A DNA stretch of 64,000 nt from Sphaerodactylus townsendi (Eukaryota), in assembly GCF_021028975.2 (NCBI RefSeq), contig NC_059432.1, forward strand, positions 29,264,001 to 29,328,000, read 5' to 3'. The notes under the pieces were generated by a model that was given only the letters and a program-made list of their open reading frames with translations, was not told where the DNA came from and did not search any database. Of the stretch, positions 1-14,989 are shown one piece after another. The position numbers and the translations under genes are program-made. How positions within the stretch are numbered: position 1 is the first letter of the stretch; every line of letters starts with the position of its first letter.

Positions 1-1687
1 CTGAACTGCTTCCTATCTGTATCTGGTTATATAGGACTACTGGTAATCTGATTTAAGTGAACCCAGCTAAGCGCTAATTCCCCTGATTAGACCTGGGATC
101 TTAAACAAGACTCAGGAGCAAGGCTCAGGTCATTTTAACAAGCTTGAAAAAAAGGTCACTTGCAACAATGAACCCTGACAAAGTGGGGGGAAGTAGCTTA
201 GAACAACATTCTCCCTTCCTGCAGTTTGTCCTCATCACCTCGAGGTAGGTTCGGCTGAGAGGTGTGACTTGCCTGAGGTTATCCAGCAAGCTTCTAGGCA
301 GAATGGGGATTTGAAACTGGGTTTCCCAAATATTAGTGTGATATGAACCACTAACCATGACGAAAAAGTCCCCATGCCTTTGCATTATAAAGATACCTTG
401 CTACTTACTTGGACTATTTTTATGCCGCCTCTTCAGAGTGCAGCTCAAGGAAGCAAACGATTAAACAAGTCACTAGAAATAGCGACTGCTGCGCTATTCA
501 GGAATAAAAAGGTACTTTGAAACAGCTGCACTGTTTGGATGCTATAAAAACATGATTCCATACTTTCCCACTCATTTGGTGATAGACCTGATCGTATTTC
601 CCCATGGTGTGTTGGGGAAAAAAAGGCATCTACATTCTACACAAAACTTAAGGGTCTGCCATTTTTTTGAGCCTGAATGCAACTTTAGTATTTTGAGGAG
701 GGGTTGCTGTTACCCCAAAAGTGACTGCCACAGAAGGCAGAGCTAAATGCATTACCTCCCCCCATTGTTTTGTAAGGGAATCACATGGCACTGAACACAT
801 GAGGCTGACTTATCCAAAGCTCGGTCATTCTTTTGTCAGGGTTAATGTTCTCTGTGCTTTGGCTGGAAGAACGGTCCCACCACTGGGAGGACAGCAAGCT
901 TGGAGAAGTAGGGATGGGCTTCTACTCCTGACCATTTATCCCCCCTCATGCAATAGCCCTGCTCCCTGGACTCTGAAGATCAGACTACAGCTCCCTCTCC
1001 CCTGTGCAAAAGAAGCCCATGGCAACAGTCAGGTCAAACTCCATGCTCCTACCGTCACCCATTCTGCCTGTTTTTATCCTGCGATGAACACATGAAGCAG
1101 CCTTACACGGAGTAAAACCACTGGTCTACCAAGTTCAGCCTTGTCTCTACTCTGACTGGCAAACATTCTTGGTGCCATTTATGTCATTTAAATTTGCCTT
1201 TTGGCTTCCCACAATCATTAGTTTAATGTGGGGGCTAATTTTTTAAAAAGCTTACTACTGTTAAAAAAAGTGTACAAAAGCTTATTTCTCAAATAAGAGA
1301 AGAGGAATAAAGAGAAATGAAGGATAGTGCAAACGGGGTGGGAGAAAGAAGGGTGAAATAAGAAGTAGGAACGCCTGAAGGGGGAATGGAACCAGCACTA
1401 AGGAACGTCCAGAAGCTTAACAGGCCTCCTGATCCTCCAATGGCTGCAGCTGCTCTTGCAGCCATGAAAACTCCTTTCATTTGAATGGAGACAGCCAAGA
1501 ACATGCCCCACCTTACAACAGCCATGCCCACTTTCTGAAAAGCTCAATGGGCAACAGAGGAAATACTGGGGGGCACAACTATGGGGAACCCTGCCCTGGC
1601 AAACACAGGGTAAAGGCACATGGTAAATAACCAAGATGTCTGTAGGATACTCGGCTGATGATCTTGCTCTTTCCCCTCTGTTCTTAC

Positions 1688-1788
1688 CGTCCTCTGGTGG
1701 AAGGCTGCATGCCTCTTTTCCAAAATCCTCCAAATTAGCCGCTTTTAATATAGAGAGAATTTCTTCACCTGGGCTTCTGACAACTGAA
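1688..1788 (-). CDS. ECD: ECD coding exon 9 (101 nt)
   Basis: SVVRSPGEEILSILKAANLEDFGKEACSLPPED; AG/GT flanks. Confidence 0.93.
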
Positions 1789-2544
1789 CTGTCAAAATAA
1801 CCCCAAAACCCACACCCCCAAAATATCAATTAAATAAAAATTTACCAAGCAAAATTTCAAAAACTACTCTTCCATACTTTGCTCCAATTACAAGCCAGAG
1901 CAAAGACAGATCAGCTCATCCCTAGCACACATTTTGAGGTTTGTTATTTCTAAACTGGGTTACCATGTGTCTCAAGCAGGTTTAAATTGGTTCTAAAACA
2001 CCTTTTGAAAGGGGGCTTACACATTCTGGGAATCTAAAGGGCTTCTCCAGAAGAACCCACTGACTTTTGTCAGGTGTTCCCTGATTTTTGCCAGTTCACC
2101 CCATGGAGTATCAGGTGGTCAAAGTTCATTTTCCACTGAAAGAACACACTTTACATGCAGACGGTCCTTGTTTCAATCTTGGGCAGGAGATGCTAGGAAA
2201 GGCCTCTCTCTACCCAAGACTTCAGTTTCCAAGAGTGAACAAGATAAACCAGCTGTGGTTCTGGAAGATATGCAAGAGACTGCTAAAAGGCAGTAGAAGG
2301 AGAGTTTCATTCCATGTTTGCAGTAGTTTGGATCCAAGCCAGTATTTACAAACACTTCTGGATGAAACAATCTAATTCTTTTGCAAATATTTGCTCAGAA
2401 ACATGAAACAGGATTGCATAGCCATCCAGTGATGAGGGAAATATTACACAGAAATATACACTTGCACTCTACAGACCCACTATATACAAGTTCCAACAGA
2501 ACACACCATTCTAGAAATTATGAAAGCAAAAGCAAAGTTCTTAC

Positions 2545-2630
2545 CTTTGCGGATTGCTTAAAGTCTGCTTAAAATAAATTTCTGCCATATGCAATTTATC
2601 CAGATACTGAGCAGAACCTTCCAGTTCACC
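2545..2630 (-). CDS. ECD: ECD coding exon 8 (86 nt)
   Basis: GELEGSAQYLDKLHMAEIYFKQTLSNPQ; AG/GT flanks. Confidence 0.93.
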
Positions 2631-2859
2631 CTGTGAAATTTAAAAACGAAACAAAACAGTATTCCAATGCATTCCTTTTTTGATATAAGTATCTAAGAGC
2701 GGCAGACTCTAAACTGAAGAACTGGGTTTGATTCCCCACTCTTCCACATGAATTCTGAGGCTGACCTGGGGCCAGTCACGGTTCCCTCAGAACTCTTTCA
2801 GCTCACACAGAGGTAGGAAATGGCAAACCAACTCTGAACATCTCTTGTCTTGAAAAACC

Positions 2860-3040
2860 CTGTTATACACTGTGTCCAGACTTCTCTTATGACAGACTTC
2901 TCTCTATGATACACCTCTGAAGATGCCAGCCACAGATGCAGGTGAAACGCTAGGAACAAGATCTACCAGACCACGGCCACACAGCCTGTAAAACCCACAA
3001 CAACCAGTTGAATCTGGTTGTGAAAGCCTTCAACAATATT
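2860..3040 (+). mobile_element. Penelope-like element terminal-repeat fragment with decayed hammerhead motif
   Basis: CCT-CTGAAGA-TGCC..GGT-GAAAC-GCT-AGG at 2914-2954; repeat shared with 9709 and 49454. Confidence 0.65.
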
Positions 3041-3170
3041 TTCAATGTTTTTAAATCTGTTCTAGGGAGGCCAGATTCTCCCTTTAAATCCACTCCAAAG
3101 GGGGTGGATTTAAAGAGAGAACCTGAGGAAAATTTGAGGGTGCTGTCAGGGGAGCAATGTTCAAGCTAAC

Positions 3171-3406
3171 GGTACCAAAATTTTAGGCTATCTTCAGGAG
3201 ACTCTCCTGATGATACCACCCAGGTTTAGTGAAGTTTGGTTCCTCAAAAGGGTAGCCCCATCTACTATTAGCTCCCATTGGAAACAGTGGGAGATGGGGC
3301 ACCCCCTTTGGGGGTCCATAACTTTGGATCCCCTGAACCAAACTTCACCAAACGTGGCTGGTATCATCAGGAGTGTCACCTGACGATAGCCTGAAAATTT
3401 GGTGCC
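3171..3406. repeat. Long imperfect palindrome; interspersed repeat also at 36220-36531
   Basis: Arms ..CAGGAGACTCTCCTGATGATACCACCC..GAAGTTTGGTTC / GAACCAAACTTC..GGTATCATCAGGAG.. Confidence 0.8.
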
Positions 3407-4540
3407 ACTAGCCTAAAAACTGCACCCCCTGCTGGCTGACAAAGTAAATACACTAAAATACCAAAAAAATTAGAAATGAGCCCAAATTTTTCTGTGCCCC
3501 CAATGGTGGGCGCCTTGGACATTTGTCCCCAGATGTCCCCACTGTAGCTACGCTTCTGGGTGGCTGGTAAAGTAGTATAAAAATAAAATAAATCAAATGC
3601 ACAAGAATTATTTACATCTGCTCAACTTTTTGACAAAATGATCCAAACAGAAAAAAAGTTACTTTTACTGTTTCAAAGGAAAAAGAAAGGGTTTTTTTTT
3701 TTTTGGGGGGGGGGGGGAATAACAATCCAACTTTGCAAAGGACCAGCTGCATTTCTAGAAATGTGGCTATAATTCCTTAAACTTACTGGACAGTCAGCAG
3801 ACTCGCATGTTAAAAGTTATTTTTGGGTAATGGCTAATTCCTAATAAATAATGTTGGAGTCCACCAGTTTGCTGTAATGACACATTCCTTCAGTATAGAC
3901 AAAGGAATACGCTTGCACCAGCCAGACAAAATGGTACAATTCAGTTCTTCAGCCCTGAAATTTAGTAACTGCTCAAACGAAGAAAATTAAATAATTTCAA
4001 TGTAATAAGCAATGTTTTTATATATAATACATCTTGTTGTTACAGCATAGAATATACTGAATAATGATACAGATGATATATAGAAGATAAAGTTTTTGTG
4101 ATATGGTGAGAACACGTGTAAAAACAGTAAGCGGATAGAAGACTACAATGGAAAGTTTCTATTACAAGTTGGTTGATTCTAATAGCAACTTTCAGTATTT
4201 GTTTTAGTTGTGAATGTTCCCAATCCAAACAAGACCTTGAAGCAAATCAAAATGCTGAATCATGGAAAACTGGCAATGCAATATAAAGCAAAGTACCTCC
4301 CTCCTAAATCCATTGAAATGAATGGGCTTAGAAAGGTGTAACTGTTTAGGATTCCACTTGTTAGCCAAGTGTAAAGGATTCTCTTTCTGCTAGCTTTTGT
4401 ATGACTGAAGAAAAGATGCCTGGTTCTGCAGCAAACACCTTAAAAGTACCAGGCATACTCTGATTTGGGGAATGTCCAATAGCAGGCATGGTGGCATTTC
4501 ATCTATAACATAGTTTCAGATGAGAGAAATTCACGGCCTA

Positions 4541-4768
<228 letters not shown>

Positions 4769-5312
4769 TTAAATACTGGGATAAACTTTCAAACAGCAGT
4801 GCATCTGAAACAACTTAAAAGTGCATTGTATTAAGCTGTATTCTTGGCTAGTGTAATAGTAAGGGGACAGCACACAGTAACATTCAACAACAATCAACAC
4901 TACGGCTAATAATAGAAATGAGATGCTGAACGATTTTGAAAAAAAAGAGAGGTCTGAATAATTCTCTGTTTCCTATCAAGGCAACAGGGAGCACTCAAAA
5001 TGGGACACAACTGTATAACTGGATTGTATTCTGAGTGACGGACAGACAGAGATGCTCGCGCTTGCTCATGCACTTGCCTTGTTACTTCCAGTGGAGTCTG
5101 CCTCCACAAACTACACATCAGTCCAGCCACCCACATTCAAACATCACAGCAAACTCAAGCTTGATTCAAGGCTTCTCAAACCAGGAAGGCTTAAACTGTG
5201 CTCCATGTGTGATGGGAGAAAGCAGCAAGGCAGGCAACGAGATATGATGTCCAAGCGCAGTCTCACCAACTTAGCCATCACAGTTACGAAATATGGAGCA
5301 CTCCTTCTAGGT

Positions 5313-5820
5313 CAGACCTGGGCATTATACGGCCCGGGGGCCACATCCGGCCCGCCAGATGACCCTGACTGGCCCTTATGACAGACTTGGCCCTGGCCTA
5401 AGAGGACCTGTTTAGAACTGCGCTGCTCACGCTAACCCTCCCCCTTCCCCCCTTGCGCAGTGGCTTCTGGGGCGATCCCCTCCTTTGAAAGCCCCGCAGA
5501 AGCCGGTTGCCTTGGCTGCCTGCTTCTGCGGGGCTTTCAAAAGCGCCAGTCGATTAAAAAAGTAGGTCAAGGGACTTAAGTTTCCCCACTTGCTTGATTG
5601 TCACAGTGGACAGCTATGCAGGTAGGTTAAGCCTGTGATTCTTTGTGCCAAATAGTGTTGTATGCAGAACTGTTGCCACTGATTCCAAGTTGATCTATGC
5701 ACCTGTCTGTCACTTATCAGCCCCTATTATGCAGAATTGAGTTCAGCCTTTTGGCCCGGCCCTCCACAATATTTTCTGTTTCTTATGCGGCCCCATGGAA
5801 AAAATAATTGCCCACCCCCG
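5313..5820. mobile_element. hAT non-autonomous transposon
   Basis: 8-bp TSD TTCTAGGT (5305, 5821); CAG..GGGCA / TGCCC..CG termini; GGCCCG subterminal repeats. Confidence 0.8.
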
Positions 5821-5866
5821 TTCTAGGTCAATCAGCCAATTAAAACCTTATCTTTGAAACACATCA

Positions 5867-6028
<162 letters not shown>

Positions 6029-6829
6029 TTATTATGTAGACTTGCTTCATCTTTGCATCTGTTTGAATTTACTTTGACTCGTATTTGCAAGGTTTTTTTG
6101 GAAACTGGGGTGGGGGTGCTTTTGCAAAAGTGCAGTGGCATACCAGACACTACGTGAGTTACAGAAATGTTGTATGCAGTGTCCTGATTCACCAAATGAG
6201 ATGTGAGGACATAAAGCTCACACCGCTATATTCACACCACAGTTTGCCCCTGCAGCATCCTCACACTTTCTCTTCAAGCAAAAGAAATGTCATGCTTGGT
6301 GTGAAAGGGCTGTTTGGCGTCTTCCATTCAGCAGGGTCTCTCTTCCCTGAACAGCCCTCGAATCCCACAGAAAATAACTCCTAAATGTCAAAATGCCATC
6401 CAATGTAGAGTGAGGGAATGCATTCAAATGTGAAAAATCACCAGAGGTCTCATGCACATTTATTTCATTTATATTCCACTCTTCTCACCAATGGGGACCA
6501 AAAGCAGTTTACAACATTCTCCTCTCCTCCATTTTATCTTCACAGCTACCACTCTGTGAGGTAGGCTAGGCGGAGTGTGTGTGTGGCTCAAAGTCACCCA
6601 CAAGCTTCCATGGCAGAGTAGATATTTGAACCAGTGTTGCCCAGATCTCCGTCCAACCCTTTAGCCGCTAAACAATACTGTCTTTCAAAAACAGCAGGAT
6701 CATTAGGATCCTGGCCCATGTTTATTTTATGAAATAACATGTTTTCAACCTGCAGCTCAATTCAGGAGAATTTCTCATAGATGTGGGTTCCAGAAAGTTT
6801 GGATCAGTTCTGTATCTCAGATAGTGTCA

Positions 6830-7144
<315 letters not shown>

Positions 7145-7289
7145 TCAAACCACATCATAATGGAAGCATTGTTCTAATGTGACCAGCAATTTCCTTATTT
7201 GAAACGATTTCCTGTTTTCCTGAAAAAACAGAAACCATCTAGCAGAATATTTAAAGCAGCATCAAAGGTCTCTAAGCAACTGAGCAGTG

Positions 7290-7655
7290 AAAACTCGTAT
7301 CCCAGTATTTATATCCCAATGTATTTTGATGACAAAACATATCCTAAATACAGACAAGCCTTTATGTTAGCATGCCTTAATGCTTTACCTACCATCTGCA
7401 ATTCTCTCAGGTCAATATGCTGGTATTCCATACTCAAAGAGAATATGTAATTGCACTTTCAAGTGTCTCGAATCCACAGAACATGTATTTCTAAATTGCC
7501 CTGAATTGTTAAAATGTAGACAGGAGCTGATCCCCCGCCCCCCAATTAGTAATAATTTGACCTCTCTAGCACTTGAGGATACCAGGCTACTGAGACACAG
7601 ATGGGTTACACACGAGGTTGCTAGATTTGTGGCTGCTGTTGTAGAAATTCAGGAA
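7290..7655 (+). mobile_element. Older LINE 3' fragment related to 23700-24155
   Basis: GQYAGIPYSKRICNC..ESTEHVFLNCP CCHC motif. Confidence 0.6.
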
Positions 7656-7671
7656 CATGCAAAAGCAAAAG

Positions 7672-7802
7672 CAGGTGTCAAACTTGCGGCCCTCCAGATG
7701 TTATGGACTTCAGTTCTCATCACCCCCTGCCAGCATCATGCTGGCAGGGGATGATGGGAACTGTAGTCCATAACATCTGGAGGGCCGCGAGTTTGACACC
7801 TG
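7672..7802. mobile_element. Palindromic hAT MITE
   Basis: CAGGTGTCAAACT...AGTTTGACACCTG fold-back with GGACTACA/TGTAGTCC-type core. Confidence 0.8.
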
Positions 7803-8624
7803 TGCCTATACAAAGTAGGCAGCTTTTCATCAGTTGCTCACACATAATCTTTTTGGTGGCTGTTCATGATCACTTGGTTGAACGAACAGTAAAAAAAGAA
7901 GTTTCACCAGTGAAGTTGGGTGGTTTGAATGATTTGCATGGACATCTGTCAGAGCCAAAGGAAAAAGTAAATCAGTTTCCTTAATTTTCTGCCATGTACG
8001 ACTGAGAGCAACCCTAAGCACGTCTACTCAGATCTATTTCAGAGGGGCTTAGGCTCCTGGCTTGTACTTAGTGGCTCAAAAGTTAGAAAAGAAAATAATT
8101 TACTACTGCAAGAATACATTTTCTAATGTTTAGTCTGCCTACATTTGATGGCAGATTTATGCTGTGCTGTCTTCATAAAAAACCTACAAAGCCTAATAAA
8201 TTATCCCTGTGATAATTTCAGTTCAGTTCCCTTTATTTGGCATTTGCAGACAGAATGAAAAAAAACAACCCCAAGATATAATACAAGGTTAAACTTGGCA
8301 TAACATTAAAAGCTATTTCTGGATGCACAAAACTTTCAAAAGAAATTTAGCTAATGTGATAATTTGTACAAAGGTACTTATGAGTCTAGCTCTGGCTGTC
8401 TACAATTACAGCCACTCAGTTACATCATATTTCAAAAAATCTGGTCAGAACTTGCAGTGGTCAAAATATGAAGCCACCTATATGAATCTATCAGTTTTGG
8501 GAATAAAATTGATGGTTTTTTTATGATTAAAAAGAGATAGACCATTAAAAAAATATACTTAAGTACTTGTAAAGTTTTCCAGGCAATAAATAACAGCAAT
8601 ATCAACTGTCAATAGGTCACTTAC

Positions 8625-8803
8625 CCACTGATGCGTTTATATATTGTTGCTCTAATAGATTTTGCAGCTACAAAGTCCGCAGAATGGGTAGATAATAACT
8701 TCAGTGCCTGAGAAATTGTAGGATTGGTAGCAGGTAGTAATGTCTCTTTTTCAGGAGTTTTTGGTATTGGAATTATGCACAATTCGCCACAGTGGAAGAA
8801 CAC
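8625..8803 (-). CDS. ECD: ECD coding exon 4 (179 nt)
   Basis: VFFHCGELCIIP...IRATIYKRISG; AG/GT flanks. Confidence 0.95.
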
Positions 8804-9708
8804 CTGATCAAAAAAGAGAACATTTCTTACTAACATATACACATTGAGAAAACTGTTTCTCAGCAGGAGAAACATACATATACAAGAGGGGAACATGCAA
8901 GGACTCGCAGGGGGGCATCTTATTTCCTCCCATTTCTTATTTCTGTTCTCTGAAAGCCCCCATAACCTTTCCCCTTTTCCTGCTTCCCCCTCTCCTTCCC
9001 AACCACTAACCATCCTACCTTTATCTGTTTCCCTGTCTTCAGCTTTCCACCCTTCACTCGTCCTGGAAGTTCTCCTCTATTTTATCCTCACAACAACCCT
9101 GTGAGGGAGGCTTGGCTGAGAGTTGTATGACCAGCCTCAGGTTACCAAGTGAGCCTCTATGGCAGTGGGGCCTTGAAGTTGGGTTTGAACCTCTAACCAC
9201 TACACCACACTAGTTTTGTGGGATGGCTGCTGTTGAACAGTACTAAGCAGCAAAGCCCAGGTGAGTCAAGCAAGTCATGTGGTGGCAAGTTGTTCATAGT
9301 TGCTTGTCAGCAATGAGAAAGTGATCCCATAAAGGTCAAACAGCCCAGCAAATAGCCTTGTCCCCTCCCCCTGCCTTTTGCTGACAGAAATCAAGGCTGG
9401 CAGTGCTCAGTCGTGGTTGGCTAACAATGGCCATCCAGGGCAATTGTTTCTTAAAGGTGCAGTCACAGAAAAACATTCACTGTACAAGGCCAAAGGCCAT
9501 CACACTTAAGGCACACAGAGGAACATACACAACTAAGGAAAAAACCCCCCACAATAATGTTAAAAACACTTTAAATCACTTTGAAAACAGTTAAACATCC
9601 CCACAAAATATGATTAATATAGTCCAGCCTTTAGATACAGCTCTGACCTGTACTTTTTTCACTGTCAAGGCAAATTGTGCCACTCTATAAGAAACATACT
9701 GATCCGAT

Positions 9709-10058
9709 GTATTGTCGAAGGCTTTCACAGCTGGATTCAACTGGTTCTGGTGGGTTTTTCGGGCTATGTGGCCGTGGTCTGGTGGATCTTGTTCGTAACG
9801 TTTTGCCTGCATCTGTGGCTGGCATCTTCAGAGGTGTATCACAGAGGAAAGTCTGTTACACACTGTGTCCAGAGAGAAGGGAATGTTTGGGGTATATACT
9901 GTCCATGTCCCAGGGTGGAGAACCAATCAGTAAGTGTTTGGGTAGAACTTGTTATGCAAAGATGTGGTTGATAGTATTGTATTGCAGGTGAGGCTTATCA
10001 GTCCAGTGTGTGATCCACCAGACCACGGCCACACAGCCTGGAAAACCCACCACAACCA
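9709..10058 (-). mobile_element. Penelope-like element fragment with inverted terminal segment
   Basis: 9741-9788 is repeated inverted at 10012-10058, typical of PLE truncation/inversion. Confidence 0.7.
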
Positions 10059-10775
10059 TACAGATCTGAATCAGAAATAAAGAAATCTAGTTTCTCTTCT
10101 ATGGCAGAAGAATGTATAACTTTAAAAATCTCAGCAAAAATATATCTTTCTGGGCTCTGTATACAAAGGGCAAAACAAAATAAGCTGTAGATGATGTTTC
10201 TATCACTTTAGGGGGGTTCAATCTCCGAGTGTATGTGTATACATATTTTCTGCAAACCTGGGGCTTTTCTCAGGGCTGTTGAAAGATACACCTGTTTGGC
10301 TGTGACCCTAATGTTCAGATTTAAGTATCTACAGATGAAGTCACATTGAGAAGGGCAGCCCCATTCATATTAGAGGCCGTTGGCCATGGCACCAATGCAG
10401 CACTGTCCTGCCGCTCCCAAAGAGGCTCCCTAGCGGCATGGGGAAATTCGCAAAGTGTGATAGCCCCCGCCTCCTCTGAGAAACCTCAATGGCTGACTTA
10501 AGTCCGGATAGTGGCCTGCCAGCCAACTCCCATGGGGCATGGTGCAGGGAGGCTGCTACAGTGTCCAGTGCCATGCCTCCCCCACCAGGGGAGGGTGATG
10601 GAAGTTTTGCCCCTCCTCTGGGGTAAGTGCCCTGGAGAGGGTGAATCCACCAGCATCGCCGCCCCACTGCTTCCACAGGCAGATTCGTGCCCCCCGCCCC
10701 CTTTGGATGGGGTTCTTAGATGAACTGATTATATATACAATTTATAATTTAAATATATTGCTGCTTTGCTAGTCA

Positions 10776-10937
<162 letters not shown>

Positions 10938-11883
10938 CTACTTGGGTATTTGAACCATGTTAGGAATGCTGAACAAATTGGAAACAATGCAACCTGAACA
11001 GATGTTAACATTTGGGGACACATCTGATTTGCACCTGTGGTTGCTGATCCAGCAAATTCTATTCACAAAGGAATCTACTTCTATTGGTGGATCTCAATGT
11101 AATGCTGGTACTTTCCCTTTATTATCCATTAGAAATTAAATCTTTCTTGAAATACCTTCTGATACAAGATAAAAACCAAACAAAACCTGGTGTGTTAACT
11201 TTCAGGCAGCTTTTTCCATCTCCATTCACAGAGGCATTAATATCTGAGAATTTTCACCAACGACTGTTTCCACACCATATACATTTTAAACCGAATTACA
11301 GAATAGCTTAAAGTTCCAATCTTACAAACATGTTAAAATGCAAGTTCTGTTGTTCTCGATAGATGTTGGTTCTAAATAAACATGCTTAAGAGTGTATGGT
11401 AAGGCTATCTGTGTTAATGTTTTCATTATGCACAAATTCTGAGGATTTTTTTCAGTCAACACAGAAAATACAAGCAATGACCTAAAAAGGCTGTTTGGAC
11501 CTACATTATCAATATTCAGACAAATAAAGTGCCATCCTATTACAAAAGTTCCTAAAAGTTTTCAGCATAAGTCTAGAAGATAGGAATAGGTCTGTACTGC
11601 TTATTACAAAACAGTGCAAAGCACACAGTTTATGCACTTTTTCCCCAGATAAACCTATGGACAATTCAGACAAAAATGGCTGCCATCACTTGCGTTAAAC
11701 CCTACAATTGACATGATAAAAAGCTAAAATTACACATTTATGTGAGGTGACTGCACTATTGCTTATTGTTAAAAAAAGAACACCACAGAGCAATTTTTGT
11801 CCGACATCAATACAACAGAAAGGTGCCGGAAGCGGAAACTGAACCCATATTCTTACAAAGTTACCATAAATTCAGATCTGTCA

Positions 11884-12093
<210 letters not shown>

Positions 12094-12626
12094 TCATTTT
12101 AGTATCAACCAGATAAATAACTAAAACCAAATAATTTCCCCCCATTATTTTATACAGCAGGGACAGGAAAGTAAAATGCAAAATAAAAAAACTGCGTTTA
12201 TCTAAGACGACTCAGTTTCATATTATAAACAATTTGGTTGATTCAGTTGAGCTTTTTTTTAATAGTAGAAACTATATCAAATACATGGTGCAGAAAGTAG
12301 AATTTTAAAATACTGTATAAAATGTCTGAATAAGGGCTATACACTGTTCAATAATTTTCTGGGTAGAAATAAAAACTTCAACATTCTCATTGCATACAAT
12401 AAGCTTTACGAAATCTAGATAAGCACAAAAATCTACCCCGCTGCCCTGAATGTCAGTCTGCTGTACTGCTGAGTTTGCAGAAATAATGTTGAGATAAAAT
12501 TATTGACAGTGTCTCTTATCAGAACCTCTGCCACCTGTATGTTCTGCAGACTTCTAACGAACTGGGAGGCCCTTCTCCACATTCAATAATGTCAGAACAC
12601 AATGAACTTGAAGACAACCACTTTAC

Positions 12627-12828
12627 CTTTGGCTGGCTTATACTTGAGAGTAAACGGTTGATTTTGCCAGATATAGGAAACAAGGATGGGTGCAAAGTGT
12701 GCTAATATCTTTTCAATATACGACTGAAGGATTTCTTGGTGATGCTCAGATGTTTCTTGTTTGTGTGTTAGCAGAAAGAGCTGGTACTGCACTGCATCTT
12801 CCACAGCTGCCAGGCGTCGCTCCTCCAT
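12627..12828 (-). CDS. ECD: ECD first coding exon (ATG at 12828; acceptor 12850-12849)
   Basis: MEERRLAAVEDAVQYQLFLL...YIWQNQPFTLKYKPAKG; donor AAG|GTAAAG. Confidence 0.95.
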
Positions 12829-14784
12829 TCTGTATTTAACCGAGCACCCTTTAAAAATAAAAAAACGCAATCCATTACACAAAGGCATGCACAACACCTC
12901 CCACACCAAATGCTAATCAACACTATTACATTTAGAACCTTTCTCCAGAACATTCCTCACCCTACTTTTGTTAAAGGTGTCAAAAATAGATCTATAAAAG
13001 AACTTCCTAATGACCCCTTGGCTATTGAACTGATTACTCAGATGTGAAAAATGAGAAAGAAGTGTCATAGATAAGATTTAATTTTAAATTTCAAGTAGGG
13101 TTGTGGCTCTGCGGTAGAACATATTCGCATGCAGGTCTGAGATTCAGTCTCCAGCATCTCTAGTTAAAAGGATGAGATAGTAAGTGGTATTAAAGGTCTC
13201 TGCTTGAGACCCCAGAAAGCTGCTGACAGAGTACACAACAGTGACCTTGATAGACCAGGGGCCTCAGCTGGTCTAAGACAGCTGCATGTATTTAAATTGA
13301 TATGTTTGCATCCCATCTAGTGAATCTATAAGGCAATTATGAGGAAGTTCCAAAATTCTAAAAGTCACAGAAGCCAAATAAAATATAAACAGGATACCAA
13401 GGAACAGAACAATTTATAGCTCACCAAAATAACATTTCAAATCAAGTTTTTAAAATGCCACAAAAAACAAACTAACTAACTAATATTTGGAGTTCTCTGT
13501 TCACAGACAAAAAGAAAATAAAACCCTCAGAAATCTTTATAAGCAAACCTTTAACTATTTGCAGCCTAGCCATTTACACAAAGGCCATAGGAATGGTTGC
13601 ATCTCTGCTTCTGTTCACATTATGTCCAGGTAAAGTAAGGAGGCCAGTATCTTTTTACAGAGCACATATCTCTAGCTTTAAAATACATGCATGCAGTCAA
13701 TTTTTTAAAAAATCACAACTGAGACAGGAAAAAACCTAATGTAATCAACTTTGACAGCTAGGTGCATGATGCAAGTATCTCTTATATACCTGGGAAAAGG
13801 TTTTAGTACACTTCCTTTAACTCACAGGACAGTAGCTTCTCATTTTAAAAAATTGTTAGGAGTGTTATGTTTCTAACAACTGTTAGAGACACAAAATCCC
13901 ACCAAAAGTCACTTTCTGCAACTCTCCATTCCCACGTCAGGAAATTTCAACGTACTGGACTTTTGCCTATACTGCAGTTCAGTATGTAGAAAAAGGTGAG
14001 ATAGCTGAACATATCTCCTGGGTGGGAAGAGGATATCCACTGAAGACTGTACACTCCTGCTTTACATTCCCCTCTTTGTGGAGGCTCAACCTGCTTAGCT
14101 TCTGTTATCTGCTGCTGCAGGCTAATCCAGCTTTACATGAATATGACATTCCTTTTCTGGAACATCTTCCCTCCACACTTACTGTAGTTTTTGTATTAAG
14201 TATGCAAAACTGGCACACACAAACAGCACAATTACCAGATCAGTTACTGCACACATGGGCAATGCTATGCACACATGCCTGGGAGTAGTTCCTGCTGCAT
14301 ACAGTGCAGCTTACTTCTGAGTAAACATGCTCAGATGAACTGTACACAAGAGAGAGTTGGTCCCTGGTGTAATAGGGATGACCCAGGTTCAGATTCCCAC
14401 TGGGCTGTGGAACTCACTGAGTAGCTATGGAACTCAGTGGTGTACCGGCTCTAAATTACACCCGGAGGGGGGGGGGGGGCAGGAGCCTGCTGGGCACCCC
14501 ACAGGCATGTGCCCGGCAACATGGGTGGCCCGATGTCTCCATAGCGGTACTGGTGAAACTCACTAAGTATCTCTCAGCATAACCCATCCTAAAAAATTGT
14601 TGTGAGGATAAAGTAGGATGAAAGAAGCATGTAGGATGCCCACTCCTCCTTCAATGAAGAACAGGACAAAAACATGCGAAATAAGTGGCTGAGATATATA
14701 TTTTTCCCGATTAGACCGGAACTGGACATTTCCCCGTTCACTGCACGGCCTACCGACTCTGCTGTTTATCTCCCAAGTCCTTAC

Positions 14785-14819
14785 CTAAAACAACCGCCGA
14801 CTAAGGATCTGCTCATCGC
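14785..14819 (-). other. ECD: Probable ECD 5'UTR exon (or 3' end of exon 1)
   Basis: Strong donor TAG|GTAAGG at 14784; pyrimidine tract plus AG at 14821-14820; lies between the CpG island and the first coding exon. Confidence 0.5.
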
Positions 14820-14989
14820 CTTTGAAGAAAAAAACCCAAAAATTTACTCTGAAACAAAACTTGGTTAGTGTTTAACGTACCACGAAAATGCTCTTTATTT
14901 TAGCATGTAGAGCTGTTATGCAAACCACCTGTCGTCTCCTTCAGAAGAAAACAGCTCATGAGGAACGAAACTGTGTCAGCGTTTAAGCT

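Noticed and set aside
3705-3717. Poly-G/poly-C runs (also ~14467, 15595, 34141, 35010, 48758) as functional G-quadruplexes
   Set aside because: Simple homopolymers scattered through repeats; lengths unreliable
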